64,000 bases of DNA from Promethearchaeota archaeon (GCA_048937405.1 JBHLNF010000001.1:224001-288000), one strand, 5' to 3'. Positions 9,899-20,398 are shown, counted from the first letter of the stretch. Notes: generated by a model from the sequence alone, not told the origin. Numbers and translations are program-made.

Positions 9899-10327
9899 GT
9901 GGAAAAAATGGCTGAACAATTATTAGATGAGATGATACAAAAAATAAATCAAATTATGGCTTCTTTAGATGGAACAATCGCACAAATTAACCAAATGAGC
10001 GGAGCTATTAATCAAATGAGCCAAAGTTTTTCTGAACAAACGGTTGCTATGACAGAAAATATTAGATTAATTGTTGAAGTGTTAAAACAGTTTAGAGTTC
10101 AATCTAGTAAGAGTCTTCAGGAACTTTCGGATGATTTTAACCAAAAAATAAAAGAACTATGGGATAAAAAATCTATTGAAGCAATTACAGAAGAAGAAAT
10201 TAAATCAATTAGTATTATAAAACAAGCTTCAAAAGCAGTAAGTGATAATCTCTATTATGCTCAATTACTAAACATAATACAATCAATAAGAGAAGAAACA
10301 AACAGGATAATTAGTTCTAGTCAATAA
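9899..10327 (+). CDS. Coiled-coil hypothetical protein (similar architecture to the upstream gene)
   Basis: 142-aa heptad-rich ORF; MAEQLLDEM resembles MAEMLTDLL of the preceding gene. Confidence 0.7.
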   Translation: MEKMAEQLLDEMIQKINQIMASLDGTIAQINQMSGAINQMSQSFSEQTVAMTENIRLIVEVLKQFRVQSSKSLQELSDDFNQKIKELWDKKSIEAITEEEIKSISIIKQASKAVSDNLYYAQLLNIIQSIREETNRIISSSQ

Positions 10328-10401
10328 TAAATTTTTAATTTTTTTCTACTTACTCCCAATTTAATTTTGTAAATAAAAAATAAAAAGGTGAATTTTTTCT
10401 T

Positions 10402-11307
10402 ATACCAATTGGTTGTTTTGTGATATTACTTCCAAATGATGCTGATTATAAGGTTATGGGATATTATTTTAAAGAGAGTAACTCTGATTTTAAAATTTCA
10501 AACGATTTGTTTCTCCGGCTAAATCTTGATCATTCTAAAAATGAATATAATTTATTAAAATTAAAGGATTATCAAATTTTCTCATATCTCTATAATTTTA
10601 AAGGTAAATTAACTCTAAAGGCCTCTGGACTCATTATTGGCTTACTCTTAAATGAGAATGATGAACCAGAAAAATTTCGATCATCTCTTAAAGCTGGGGC
10701 TGAAGCATTCGAAATTCCTAGTCTCAACATTTTGAAAAAATCGACAAATGAATTTGAAATTCTATTAAAGGAGATTTACTTAGAGCATTTAGAACCATTA
10801 GGTGATAGTTTGGAACCTGAAGCTTTAAAAAACAATATTATAAACATAACTAAATTTATGATCAGTGGTGGAAAAAAAGAAAGAAAAATTGCTCAAGAAC
10901 TAGTAGAGAAAATTGAATTAGGGGAACATAATAAAATTTCTGAGTTTTACAAAATGGCTGAAAATGCTATTAAATCGTTAGATTATGAGAAAGCTGCAAA
11001 ATTTTACTTAAAAGCTTCTGAAATAGCTGAAGGGTTATATGTAATGGATATAGCTTCCTTCCTTAAAGAAAAAGGTGCGTTTTCTCAACAAATTCCCGAT
11101 TTATCAAAAGAAAGAGAAAGAATTGTACAAGAAGCACGAAATGCTCTTAGAAATGAAGATTTTCATAAAGCATATACCTCTTACAGAAAAGCAAGCAGTA
11201 TCTCTAAAAAACTTATTCAATATGATAAAGAAGAGGAATATAGACTAAAATCAAAAGCGTTAGAAGACTTCTATAAAATTGATGAAAAATATAGAAAAAA
11301 TAAATAA
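10402..11307 (+). CDS. Hypothetical protein: longin-like N-terminal domain plus helical (TPR/MIT-like) repeats
   Basis: The track ORF starts at GTG 10420, but the frame is open to ATA 10402, giving (M)PIGCFVILL behind an AGGTGA SD. C-terminal AAKFYLKASEIA and AYTSYRKASSIS helical repeats. Domain calls are inference. Confidence 0.6.
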   Translation: MPIGCFVILLPNDADYKVMGYYFKESNSDFKISNDLFLRLNLDHSKNEYNLLKLKDYQIFSYLYNFKGKLTLKASGLIIGLLLNENDEPEKFRSSLKAGAEAFEIPSLNILKKSTNEFEILLKEIYLEHLEPLGDSLEPEALKNNIINITKFMISGGKKERKIAQELVEKIELGEHNKISEFYKMAENAIKSLDYEKAAKFYLKASEIAEGLYVMDIASFLKEKGAFSQQIPDLSKERERIVQEARNALRNEDFHKAYTSYRKASSISKKLIQYDKEEEYRLKSKALEDFYKIDEKYRKNK

Positions 11308-11369
11308 ATTTCTCTTGTTTAATTTTTATAAATAATTAATTCTACAAAAGTTCTTGTTTATTCCTCGAT

Positions 11370-12200
11370 ATGGCAGATTTTAATCAAAAAATAATATGTT
11401 TAATCACTGATTTCGGTTTAAAAGGTCAACATTATGTAGCAAGCATGAAAGCAGTTATTTTAAAAATCAATTCTAATATAAATATAATTGATATATCTCA
11501 TCACATTTCTCCATATTCTATAATTGAAGCCTCTTATGTATTAAAAACTACATATAGATATTTTCCTGAAGGAACAGTGTTTATTATTGTAGTGGATCCG
11601 GGTGTTGGAGGATCTCGAGAAATATTAGCTTTTAAAACCAAATCAAACTATTATTTTATTGGACCAAATAATGGTATTTTTTCAGAAACACTTACAGCTC
11701 TTATCTCTGAATGTGTAGAAATTCAAAATGATGAATTCTTTCATAATCCAATTTCTAAAACATTTCATGGAAGAGATATAATGGCACCTGTTGGGGCATA
11801 TATACACAATGATATCCCCTTAGATAGATTTGGACCAAAATTTAGTCCTGAAAATATAATAGAATCCCCTGTTGTTTACAAGTTAGACATAGAAATGAAA
11901 TCTATTCAGTGTATAATTCAGTATATCGATTCTTTTGGAAATGGGACAACCAACATCCCAATTATTAATAATAAAATATTAAATAGTGAATTAGAGTTAA
12001 AGGAAGATAAAAAAATAAAAGTGAATATCAAAGAAAAGAGATATGAAGGACGAATTGCCTCTCATTTCTCTAGTCTTCCTATTAAATCAATACTATTCCT
12101 TGTTGGATCAACTGGTTTTCTTGAAATTTCACTTAACCAGGGAAATGCTTCAAAAGAATTAGGTTTTAATGTTGGAGATACTATAACAATAAATCTTTAG
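11370..12200 (+). CDS. SAM hydroxide adenosyltransferase / fluorinase-chlorinase family (DUF62)
   Basis: LITDFG, VVDPGVG, GPNNG, TFHGRDI, IDSFGN and GSTGFLEI. Confidence 0.92.
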   Translation: MADFNQKIICLITDFGLKGQHYVASMKAVILKINSNINIIDISHHISPYSIIEASYVLKTTYRYFPEGTVFIIVVDPGVGGSREILAFKTKSNYYFIGPNNGIFSETLTALISECVEIQNDEFFHNPISKTFHGRDIMAPVGAYIHNDIPLDRFGPKFSPENIIESPVVYKLDIEMKSIQCIIQYIDSFGNGTTNIPIINNKILNSELELKEDKKIKVNIKEKRYEGRIASHFSSLPIKSILFLVGSTGFLEISLNQGNASKELGFNVGDTITINL

Positions 12201-12217
12201 GAAGGAATTATAAAGGT

Positions 12218-13351
12218 ATGGAAAAAGAAATTCTGGCATGTATAGAAGAAAAAAATAAAAAATTTTTAGAATCAGGTCAGATTTCAAAATATATTTTTCC
12301 ATTGGAACGATCAGAGGCTCATAAAAAGAATATATGTCATTTAGTTACAAGATTTTTTATAATGTCCCAAAATTTAAAACAAAATACATTTTTTCTCGTC
12401 CAAAAACGAGGAAAAAACAAAAATGAATTTCCTGGATATTATACTGACTCTTCTTCTGGACATGTAATCTGGGAGAAAAATTTGAATCTAAACAAAATCA
12501 AGCAAAATGCTATTAGAGAACTTGAAGAGGAATTTGGTATTCCCCCTAAAGCTATTCAAAAGATGAAATTTCATGATATATCTGATGAAGGAGATGAAAT
12601 AGCATATATTTTTTTTGGGATTGTAGATATGAATATTCTATTAAAACCTAATCCTGCAGAATTAGATGTTAACTCAAGCAGGTTTTATAGTAGAACTGAA
12701 CTTCATAAATTATTAGAGAATGAAAAAAATGTTGATCATTCAAAGAAGATATGGAAAACTATATTGAATACTGATATTTCTTCTCTATTTAAGAAAGACG
12801 ATAAACAACCTTATGAAAATAAAGGCTCTGTTGCATTATTTATTGGCAGATTCCAACCATTACATCATGGACATATTTATGTACTCAACACTATTTTAAA
12901 ATCTTATAAAAAAGTCAAAATTGGCATAGGAAGTTCTCAACTTTCTCATACTCTTAATGATCCATTTTCAAGTGAAGAAAGAAAGAAATTTATTGATGCA
13001 GCACTAAAAAAAAGAGAAATATCTTCAAATCAATATGAAATATTTTTTATTCCCGATATATTCAATGCTAAAAAATGGGTTGATCATGTAATCTCCATTG
13101 TGGGGAATTTCAGTTCAGTATATTCTAATAGTGATTGGGTAAGAGAATTATTTCTTAATAAAGAGATTAAAATTGAGAAGAAAATAATAATTTTTAAAAA
13201 AAAATTTAATGGGAATCATATAAGAAAATTAATTATTAATAATGATAAAAAGTGGAGGAGTTTAGTTCCAAAAGAAGTTGTCGAATTGATTGAAAATTTT
13301 GAAGGAATAAAAAGAATCAAATCATTATACACTGAAGAAAAGAACTTATGA
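12218..13351 (+). CDS. Nudix (IDI-like) domain fused to nicotinamide-nucleotide adenylyltransferase NadM
   Basis: N-terminal SSSGHV...AIRELEEEFGI; C-terminal FIGRFQPLHHGH, IGIGSSQ, PFSSEER and WRSLVP. Confidence 0.88.
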   Translation: MEKEILACIEEKNKKFLESGQISKYIFPLERSEAHKKNICHLVTRFFIMSQNLKQNTFFLVQKRGKNKNEFPGYYTDSSSGHVIWEKNLNLNKIKQNAIRELEEEFGIPPKAIQKMKFHDISDEGDEIAYIFFGIVDMNILLKPNPAELDVNSSRFYSRTELHKLLENEKNVDHSKKIWKTILNTDISSLFKKDDKQPYENKGSVALFIGRFQPLHHGHIYVLNTILKSYKKVKIGIGSSQLSHTLNDPFSSEERKKFIDAALKKREISSNQYEIFFIPDIFNAKKWVDHVISIVGNFSSVYSNSDWVRELFLNKEIKIEKKIIIFKKKFNGNHIRKLIINNDKKWRSLVPKEVVELIENFEGIKRIKSLYTEEKNL

Positions 13352-14409
13352 AAGACTCAGAATTTATAGAAGTTGATGGTTCCTTTGGAGAAGGAGGAGG
13401 AGCAATACTTCGATTAGCGGCAGGGCTTTCTATTCTTATTAAACGCCCAATCCGAATAAAAAATATCCGTGCAAATAGACCCAAACCAGGATTACGATTA
13501 CAACATTTAGTAGGTCTACAAACTTTATCTGAAATTACATCTAGCACTTTATCAGATTGTAAAGTTGGTACTGGAGAAATTACACTATATCCTAAACATT
13601 CATTTAAAGATAAAATGAATGTTAAGATTGCTACAGCAGGTAGTATAGGATTATTGCTCCAACCGATTCAGATCGCATGTTTGGGACTTAAGGAGCCAGA
13701 GAAAATTGAGTTATTTATTAATGGAGGGGGGACGTTTGGTAAATGGGCTCCAAGTCTTAATTATCTTAAAAATGTAACATATCAGATTTTTCAAAACCAT
13801 GGATTTAATATTGAAATTAATATTGAGAAACATGGTTTTTATCCAAAGGGGGGTGCCATAGTTAAATGCACTCTATATCCTCCTAAAAATAACCTCAAGC
13901 CAATTTTATTGACAAAAATTGGAGAGATAACAAAAATTCGTGGTGAAATAATTATTACAAACCAATTAAGAAGAAGTAAAATTGGAGAACGAATTAAACT
14001 CTCTGTTATAAATCAATTAAATAAAGTTTTAGATTGTGATTTTAAAATTGATATCATTTATGTAGAGTCCTTAAGTTCAGGAGTAGGCCTCTCTTTATGG
14101 ACACATTCAGATACAGGAGCTATTATTTCCTCAGGAACAATATTAGGTGAACGATCAATTACCTCAGAGAAGCTTGGTAAAATTGCTGCTAATGAAATTC
14201 TTAAATATATTAAAAATGCAATTCCAGTTGATAATTATCTAAGTGATCAATTAATTCCTTTTATGGGATTTCTCAAAAAACCATCAAAAATGAAAGTCCT
14301 CGAGCTTACAAGTCATACTAAAACTAACTTAGAATTGATTAAATTATTTCTTAATCGAAATTATCATATCAAACCAGAAAATACACATTGCATAATTAAA
14401 TTTCAATAA
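13348..14409 (+). CDS. rtcA: RNA 3'-terminal phosphate cyclase
   Basis: DGSFGEGGG, IRANRPKPGL, TAGSIGL, GFYPKGG, VDNYLSDQLI and TSHTKTN. Confidence 0.93.
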   Translation: MKDSEFIEVDGSFGEGGGAILRLAAGLSILIKRPIRIKNIRANRPKPGLRLQHLVGLQTLSEITSSTLSDCKVGTGEITLYPKHSFKDKMNVKIATAGSIGLLLQPIQIACLGLKEPEKIELFINGGGTFGKWAPSLNYLKNVTYQIFQNHGFNIEINIEKHGFYPKGGAIVKCTLYPPKNNLKPILLTKIGEITKIRGEIIITNQLRRSKIGERIKLSVINQLNKVLDCDFKIDIIYVESLSSGVGLSLWTHSDTGAIISSGTILGERSITSEKLGKIAANEILKYIKNAIPVDNYLSDQLIPFMGFLKKPSKMKVLELTSHTKTNLELIKLFLNRNYHIKPENTHCIIKFQ

Positions 14410-14531
14410 TATTGAAAAAATATTATTTACAGAAAATTAAAATTTGGATTTAATGAAAAAATTAGAAGAAATTTTTATAAGATTATTTTATTATATGTTT
14501 ATTATAAAAATTATTTAAACTTCCCAAAAGA

Positions 14532-15482
14532 ATGTCTCAGACGGTTGCTGCATTTCAGCGTTGTCCTAGATGTGGAAATGAGAATAGTGCTGACGTTTTT
14601 GCCTGTAATTTCTGTGGTTTTAGATTAAAAATTGAAAGGATTGAATCAATTAGATTTTTTCGGAGATATGAAGCTGAGTGGACTACTCCCTATCCATGGT
14701 ATATGAAAATTTTATATCTTTTTACAAATCCCCCAAAAGCATTTCATGATATTAATCATAAAAGAAGTAAAGCTCCTGGGTGGATGATTCTATTCTTTAT
14801 TTCACTCTTATATGGTTTAATGGGTTTGGCTTTCTTTTCACATTTTAATTTTACTGGAACCACCTTATTTCTGGATTTCCTATTTAATTTAAGCTTTTTT
14901 GTATCTTTTTTCGTGTTTGGGTATATTTTTCATTTAATCTATTTTGCAATTCTAATTTGGCTATTTACAAAAGGAGCAAATTATGCTGTAGGGTTCTCAG
15001 ATAGATTAGAAAAACGTTTTAGTGCATTAAGAGAACAAAGGGAAAAGTATAAAGAAACAGATGTGAGCCCATTTAGTATTTATAAAGGAGGTACTATGTT
15101 ACACTTAGAAGGGGCATTTAAATTTAAAATGCTGTTATGTGCATTTACTCCGTTTTTATTAATAACTGCTATTAAAATTCTAATTGTCCTTGCTGGTTTT
15201 CCAACTGTTGAGGTACCTGTTGATTTATCTAACCAACAACAAATCGATGCTGCCATTGAAAATATTGCTGATGTCACTTTTCAAATGTTTAATTCTCCAA
15301 CTTGGGCCGTTATAGATATAATCGATGCTGTAATCATCGCATCTTGGGTGCCAATTTTGATGACACTAGCAATAAGAGAATTAAGTAATTCTTCCACTAC
15401 TCGAGTCCTTATCTCGACTATTATCATTGGTGTTATTGTCGCAATTCTATTCTATTTTCTGCGCCCAACATTATTTGGGTAA
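14532..15482 (+). CDS. Zinc-ribbon plus Yip1-like multi-pass membrane protein
   Basis: N-terminal CPRC..CNFC, then LFTNPPKAFHDI before about five TM helices, typical of Yip1-family layout. Confidence 0.7.
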   Translation: MSQTVAAFQRCPRCGNENSADVFACNFCGFRLKIERIESIRFFRRYEAEWTTPYPWYMKILYLFTNPPKAFHDINHKRSKAPGWMILFFISLLYGLMGLAFFSHFNFTGTTLFLDFLFNLSFFVSFFVFGYIFHLIYFAILIWLFTKGANYAVGFSDRLEKRFSALREQREKYKETDVSPFSIYKGGTMLHLEGAFKFKMLLCAFTPFLLITAIKILIVLAGFPTVEVPVDLSNQQQIDAAIENIADVTFQMFNSPTWAVIDIIDAVIIASWVPILMTLAIRELSNSSTTRVLISTIIIGVIVAILFYFLRPTLFG

Positions 15483-15554
15483 ATTTATTAGTTCTCAATC
15501 CAAAGGATATTTAAAAATTCTCATTTTATTTTTAATAATTTATTCAAGCAAAAC

Positions 15555-16175
15555 ATGGTTGAAGACAATAATAATCTGGAAAATAATTCTAAAATCGAAT
15601 CTGAGCTTTTTGCGCTAGTAAAATCTATTACAACCCTAAATAATAAATATCAGAAAGGGATCGTGAATGAAAATTTTTTCAGAAAGACTTTAAAGAACGC
15701 TATGAATAATTTATTAAAATTAAATTTGGTTTTAAAAGAAAATCATATTCAGATGGCAGATCTCTTGAAAGAAATGAACCTCTCTCAAGAATATAACTCA
15801 GTAATAGAAATAATTAACCGTGTATCTTCCATAAATATGATAAATGATACGCAGGAGATGAAAAAACACACCTTTTTAGAATTACCTGGTATTACATCAG
15901 AAATTACCTCATCTTTTATTACACTTATGGATGCATTAACATTAGAAGGATTAAGAAAGAAAGATTTAATTTTAAAATTATTTAATGAATTAAACCACCA
16001 TTTAGGCAACTTTCCTGGATTAGATGATATTTTATCTGAGAGTGAATTAATTCAAAAAAATATTCAAAATCATTTTGATAAAATTAGCTCAAACTCAGCC
16101 TTTAATGACAAGTTAATAGATGAATTATATCAATTATTTAAAGAATTTCAAAATAGATTGCACATACAACCTTAA
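15555..16175 (+). CDS. vps28: ESCRT-I subunit Vps28 homolog
   Basis: SELFALVKSITTLNNKYQKGIV matches the Vps28 N-terminal helix. TSEITSSFITLMDAL and DELYQLFKEF match the Vps28 C-terminal four-helix bundle. Confidence 0.8.
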   Translation: MVEDNNNLENNSKIESELFALVKSITTLNNKYQKGIVNENFFRKTLKNAMNNLLKLNLVLKENHIQMADLLKEMNLSQEYNSVIEIINRVSSINMINDTQEMKKHTFLELPGITSEITSSFITLMDALTLEGLRKKDLILKLFNELNHHLGNFPGLDDILSESELIQKNIQNHFDKISSNSAFNDKLIDELYQLFKEFQNRLHIQP

Positions 16176-16259
16176 GGAAAATAATAAAATTAATATTTTT
16201 TTAGCAATTTAAAACTATAAACAGTTTATATTCATCTTACAAAAAAAAAGGTAATAATA

Positions 16260-16529
16260 ATTCCTCGTCCCAGTTTACGATCAAAAGCTCAAGCAAGAAA
16301 AAAATTGAGTACTCCAGGCAATAAAAATGTTACTCATTACTGGAGAAGAAAACCTAAAAGAGCAAATTGCGCAATATGCAAAAAACCACTTCAGTCTATT
16401 CCAAGATTACGCCCCTCTAAAATGGTGAAAACACGAAAAACTGCAAGAAGAACAAACAGAATAGAAAGTGGAAGGTATTGTGCAAAATGTCTTCAGACTT
16501 TAATAAAAGAAGCTGTTTGGAGTCAGTAA
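16260..16529 (+). CDS. rpl34e: 50S ribosomal protein L34e
   Basis: TPG, CAICKKPL and YCAKC. The conserved N-terminus (M)PRPSLRS is reached only from ATT at 16260, with an AGGT SD upstream. Confidence 0.9.
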   Translation: MPRPSLRSKAQARKKLSTPGNKNVTHYWRRKPKRANCAICKKPLQSIPRLRPSKMVKTRKTARRTNRIESGRYCAKCLQTLIKEAVWSQ

Positions 16530-16634
16530 TTCTTATCTATTATTTTATAAAATTATATTAATTTTCAGTAAAAATCATAAACTATACCCTTCTAAATAGA
16601 TTAAAATAATATCTTAAAATAGCCAGCTATTATT

Positions 16635-17180
16635 ATGATTATTTCAATTTCAGGTCTACATGGAACTGGGAAATCAACAATTGGAAAATTAATTGCCAAA
16701 AAATTGCGTATTCAATATTATAGTACTGGACAAGCTTTTAGAGATCTTGCGTTAGAAAAGAACATGACATTAGAAGAATTTTCTAAATTTGTCGAGGAGA
16801 ATCCTGAAATTGATAAAGAATTAGATAAGAAAGTAATTAGAATTGCTCAGAAAGGAAATATTATTATCGATAGTCAACTAAGTGGACACATCTTAAAAAC
16901 TATTGCAGATTTTAAGATTATGTTAGTTTGTCCGTTAGAAATCAGAGTTAAACGAATGACTGAAAGAGATGGAACATCATATGATGAAAAAATAAAAGAA
17001 ACTCAAATAAGAGAGAAATCAGAATTAGAACGATTTAAACATCTCTATAATATTGATTTGAACGATAAAAAGGAAACTCAAAAATTATTTGATCTTATTA
17101 TAAATACAGAAAATCTCACAGTAAAAGAAATTACAGATAAAATTTTATTAGCTTTGGAAAAAGGTAAACTGATTAATTAG
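16635..17180 (+). CDS. cmk: Cytidylate kinase (archaeal type)
   Basis: ISGLHGTGKST and STGQAFR; lies between L34e and L14e. Confidence 0.9.
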   Translation: MIISISGLHGTGKSTIGKLIAKKLRIQYYSTGQAFRDLALEKNMTLEEFSKFVEENPEIDKELDKKVIRIAQKGNIIIDSQLSGHILKTIADFKIMLVCPLEIRVKRMTERDGTSYDEKIKETQIREKSELERFKHLYNIDLNDKKETQKLFDLIINTENLTVKEITDKILLALEKGKLIN

Positions 17181-17308
17181 TTTCAAAAATCATAAAAATT
17201 TTATTTTTGTAATTATTTTTTATATCACTAAAAATTTAATATGTTTACTGGATTTTTTATAGAGCCAGTAATTAAGAGATATATAAAAATAATTTGGTGA
17301 CAAATTAT

Positions 17309-17581
17309 ATGAGTGTATATGATATTGGTAGATTATGCGTAAAAACTATGGGAAGAGAAGCGGGATACTACTGTGTTATCGTTGATATAATAGATAAAAA
17401 TTACTTACTAATTGATGGACTGAAAATTAGAAGAAGAAGAGTAAATTACAAGCACATTGAACCGATAGCAGAAGTATTGGATATTAAAAAAGGTGCATCA
17501 CATGAACAAATTCAGACAGCAATTAAACAAGCTAAATTAGAAAAAAAAATGAGTGAAGTTGTTTCCATTCCCACTAAATAA
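17309..17581 (+). CDS. rpl14e: 50S ribosomal protein L14e
   Basis: IGRLCVKTMGREAG...VIVDIID...RRRVNYKHIEP; GGTGA SD before ATG 17309. Confidence 0.93.
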   Translation: MSVYDIGRLCVKTMGREAGYYCVIVDIIDKNYLLIDGLKIRRRRVNYKHIEPIAEVLDIKKGASHEQIQTAIKQAKLEKKMSEVVSIPTK

Positions 17582-17631
17582 TTAAATAAAATCATATCTT
17601 AAATAATATTTTATTCTTAAATTTTTTTCAT

Positions 17632-17762
17632 GCAACGGTTGCCTAGCCTGGTACGGCGCCGGCTTGGAGTATTATCCCTTCCAGAAAGCCGGTGTGGGTA
17701 TCCACTCGGGGGTTCGATCTATAAGAAGATTCTTCTTGCAGGAATAAATCCCTCCCGTTGCG
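17632..17762 (+). tRNA. tRNA-Ser (anticodon GGA) with two introns: 17670-17686 (37/38) and 17718-17747 (T loop, 58/59)
   Basis: Acceptor GCAACGG/CCGTTGC with G73, anticodon stem CCGGC/GCCGG and a long variable arm. BHB central helices are TTGG/CCAG and GTTC/GAAT, each with 3-nt bulges. Confidence 0.9.
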
Positions 17763-17788
17763 TATTCCTTATAATTTCCCTAAATATC

Positions 17789-18394
17789 TTAAACGTCTGG
17801 GAACTCTAATGCTTTTGCTTTTTGCCCTGCAAACATACCACCCATCCCTCCAGAAGCTTGAGATTGAATCTTTAATAATCTTTGAACAAGTGTGTTTAGT
17901 CCCAATGAACATAAGAAATACCAAGCTGTAAAATTTATAAAAATTGAACCCTTTGCGCCTATCCAGGTTCCTATCAATGGAACATCATTTGCATGCATCG
18001 GAGACAATGCGACAGGTCCACTTCCAAAAATACTTCGAACTATCAAAAATATAATCATCATTGGAAGAAATTGTAGACACGAGGGTTTCATTCTCTGAAG
18101 GGACATCCGTTGCTGGGTTTTTTTAATCATAATATCTTTACGTTCCCATTTTTTTCGAGCTTTTCTATACCGTTCAGGATCGGTTTCTGCTAATTCTATT
18201 ACCTTTTGTTTTTCCTCTTGATGTGCTTTAATTATCTTTTGTTTACGATTAATTTCTTCAGCATCAATCAACCATCTATTCAAAATAGCAGAAATAACTG
18301 CTGTTGTCATGGCTAATATCAATATAAAAAACATCGAACCGGGGGGTGTTTCTATTAAATCCAAAAAAGCATTCTTAAAAATTAAAGATAACAT
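17789..18394 (-). CDS. DUF106 / EMC3-TMCO1 family membrane insertase (Oxa1 superfamily)
   Basis: TM-coiled coil-TM-TM layout, MKPS..FLPM and WYFLCS; downstream of secY. Confidence 0.88.
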   Translation of the reverse strand: MLSLIFKNAFLDLIETPPGSMFFILILAMTTAVISAILNRWLIDAEEINRKQKIIKAHQEEKQKVIELAETDPERYRKARKKWERKDIMIKKTQQRMSLQRMKPSCLQFLPMMIIFLIVRSIFGSGPVALSPMHANDVPLIGTWIGAKGSIFINFTAWYFLCSLGLNTLVQRLLKIQSQASGGMGGMFAGQKAKALEFPDV

Positions 18395-18566
18395 CTCTAT
18401 ATTTTATTATATTGAAATTATTATAAAGTTTTCAGAACATCTTCATTTCTTATGGATAATCTAAAAAGTCGAATATTCTGGATTTCTCACCTTTTTTATA
18501 TATAATTATTATTGAAATGGAGAGATACTCTCGAGATTAATCTGGTGTAATTTTTAAAGAAAACAG

Positions 18567-20030
18567 CTAATCCATACCTAACAAAGAGCGCATGCCTGGA
18601 TATTGACTCGCAGCTATCTCCTTCGATATTGTCTCGGCATAATTATGAATTATTCCAATTGCAATCAAAAGCCCCGTACCTGAAGTCAATGCACCTAAAG
18701 TATCCGCACTAAAACTTAACACTGCAATAATAATTCCATTAAGAATAACGAGTGTTGGAATATATCTCTTTAAGATTCGCTCAATAATTTTACTTGAACT
18801 CCTGAACCCTGGCACCTGCATCTTCGAATCTATTATTTGTTGGGCAATATCTCTTGGAGCAAGGCCCGAAACCTCCACCCACACACGACCGAGTATTATA
18901 CAGAGGAATATAAAGATGATAAGATATATTATTGCTTTGAATGGATCCTCATATGCCTGTACAAGCCCTAATGGTGGAGTAAGATAATAAATCAAGCCGT
19001 AAATTGGGACTAATTGGCTTCCTTGACCCGACTCCACAGTCTTAAATTTTCCTATTATATCAACCCAAAATTCAGGGATAACTCCACCACGTAACCAACC
19101 ATCAGGACCAGCCATTAATTGCCCAAAGAACAGAATGTTCGCATATAAAGCATTTACTAAAATAACTGGAATATTTGAAACATATAGGAGCTTCATTGGA
19201 TATTTCCCTTTAAACCCTCGATAACCTCGATATGCAAGTGGGATCTCAACTCGGGTTGATTCAAACCAGATTACCACTAAGAATATAACAATAGTTGTAA
19301 TGATTCCTAATAATGACGGCAACCTATTTCCTCTAAAGAAAAGCTCTCCTACTTGTGTTTTAGAATTATTATCAAATATCGAAGTAAAAAATGCGAGAAC
19401 AATTCCTCTTGGAAGGCTATCAGGAGCGGGAGCAAAACTAAAACAGTTCCAAAATATCTGACCAGCAACTCCTGCCGCGATAAACAGGGAAACACCACTA
19501 CCTAAACCCCATCCTTTTTGAAGAACTTCATCTAAGAGAATAATAATTATTCCTGCAAATAATAACTGAAAAAAAATAAAAAAAAATCCGTCTATCCCTA
19601 TTGTTGAAAGTTCACCAAAAGCACCTCCAAGAATATAGGCAAGTGCATTAAAGATTGTCAAAAACACAGCAAGAACTTTTTGAGCTCCGCTAAACATAGC
19701 TCTATCATATGGATCAGCCATATTCACATTAATTATCTTTGCTCCTAATAACAATTGCATGATAAGACCTGCAGTAACTATTGGGCCTATCCCTAATTCT
19801 GTCAATGTACCTCTTTGACTTGCCAGAATAACACGTAACCAATAATAATAATCTGTTGATTGAGTTTTATCTACTCCATATAACGGAACATTACTTAATA
19901 TTAAATAAATAATAAGAACAAGAGCAGTCCAAATAAATTTTTCTTTAAAAGAGACCTCACGCTGTGGTTGTTTGATCTCTGGCATAACTTTCACAAAAGG
20001 AGTGAAAAATCTAAGAAACTTTCCAGTCAT
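18567..20030 (-). CDS. secY: Preprotein translocase SecY/Sec61alpha
   Basis: GTLTELGIGPIVTAGLIMQLL, KGWGLGSGVSLFI, YVSNIPVIL and VPGFR. Confidence 0.98.
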   Translation of the reverse strand: MTGKFLRFFTPFVKVMPEIKQPQREVSFKEKFIWTALVLIIYLILSNVPLYGVDKTQSTDYYYWLRVILASQRGTLTELGIGPIVTAGLIMQLLLGAKIINVNMADPYDRAMFSGAQKVLAVFLTIFNALAYILGGAFGELSTIGIDGFFFIFFQLLFAGIIIILLDEVLQKGWGLGSGVSLFIAAGVAGQIFWNCFSFAPAPDSLPRGIVLAFFTSIFDNNSKTQVGELFFRGNRLPSLLGIITTIVIFLVVIWFESTRVEIPLAYRGYRGFKGKYPMKLLYVSNIPVILVNALYANILFFGQLMAGPDGWLRGGVIPEFWVDIIGKFKTVESGQGSQLVPIYGLIYYLTPPLGLVQAYEDPFKAIIYLIIFIFLCIILGRVWVEVSGLAPRDIAQQIIDSKMQVPGFRSSSKIIERILKRYIPTLVILNGIIIAVLSFSADTLGALTSGTGLLIAIGIIHNYAETISKEIAASQYPGMRSLLGMD

Positions 20031-20398
20031 AGGTCATCAATAGGGGGGTCTTTTTTGATAATTTCATTCAGTTTATAAAATCATCTTCTTAACTTTCAGA
20101 TGTAATATAAAAAAAAATAGAATTTAAAAAAAAGTTTGTGCTTTACCATAGCACTAAATACGATAATGATACCACTATTTAAAATTGCTTCATATTCATT
20201 AGAAAAAAAGAAAATAAAAAAAATCTGATTCTTTTAGATTAAAATCTAAAGAAAATAGATGAAAATTATAAAGATTTTAATTAATCTAAAATTGTTTTAC
20301 AATTCTGTTCTAGGTGTTTTTTCTATTGCAAATTGTTTTTAAAAATTATCTATAAGATATTATTGTGGTTTTATAACTTCACCTTAATAATAGGGGGA

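Noticed and set aside
13348-14409. rtcA as a dedicated partner of the intron-rich RNAs in this window
   Set aside because: rtcA is a widespread housekeeping gene and EndA products already carry cyclic phosphates; proximity alone is not evidence.
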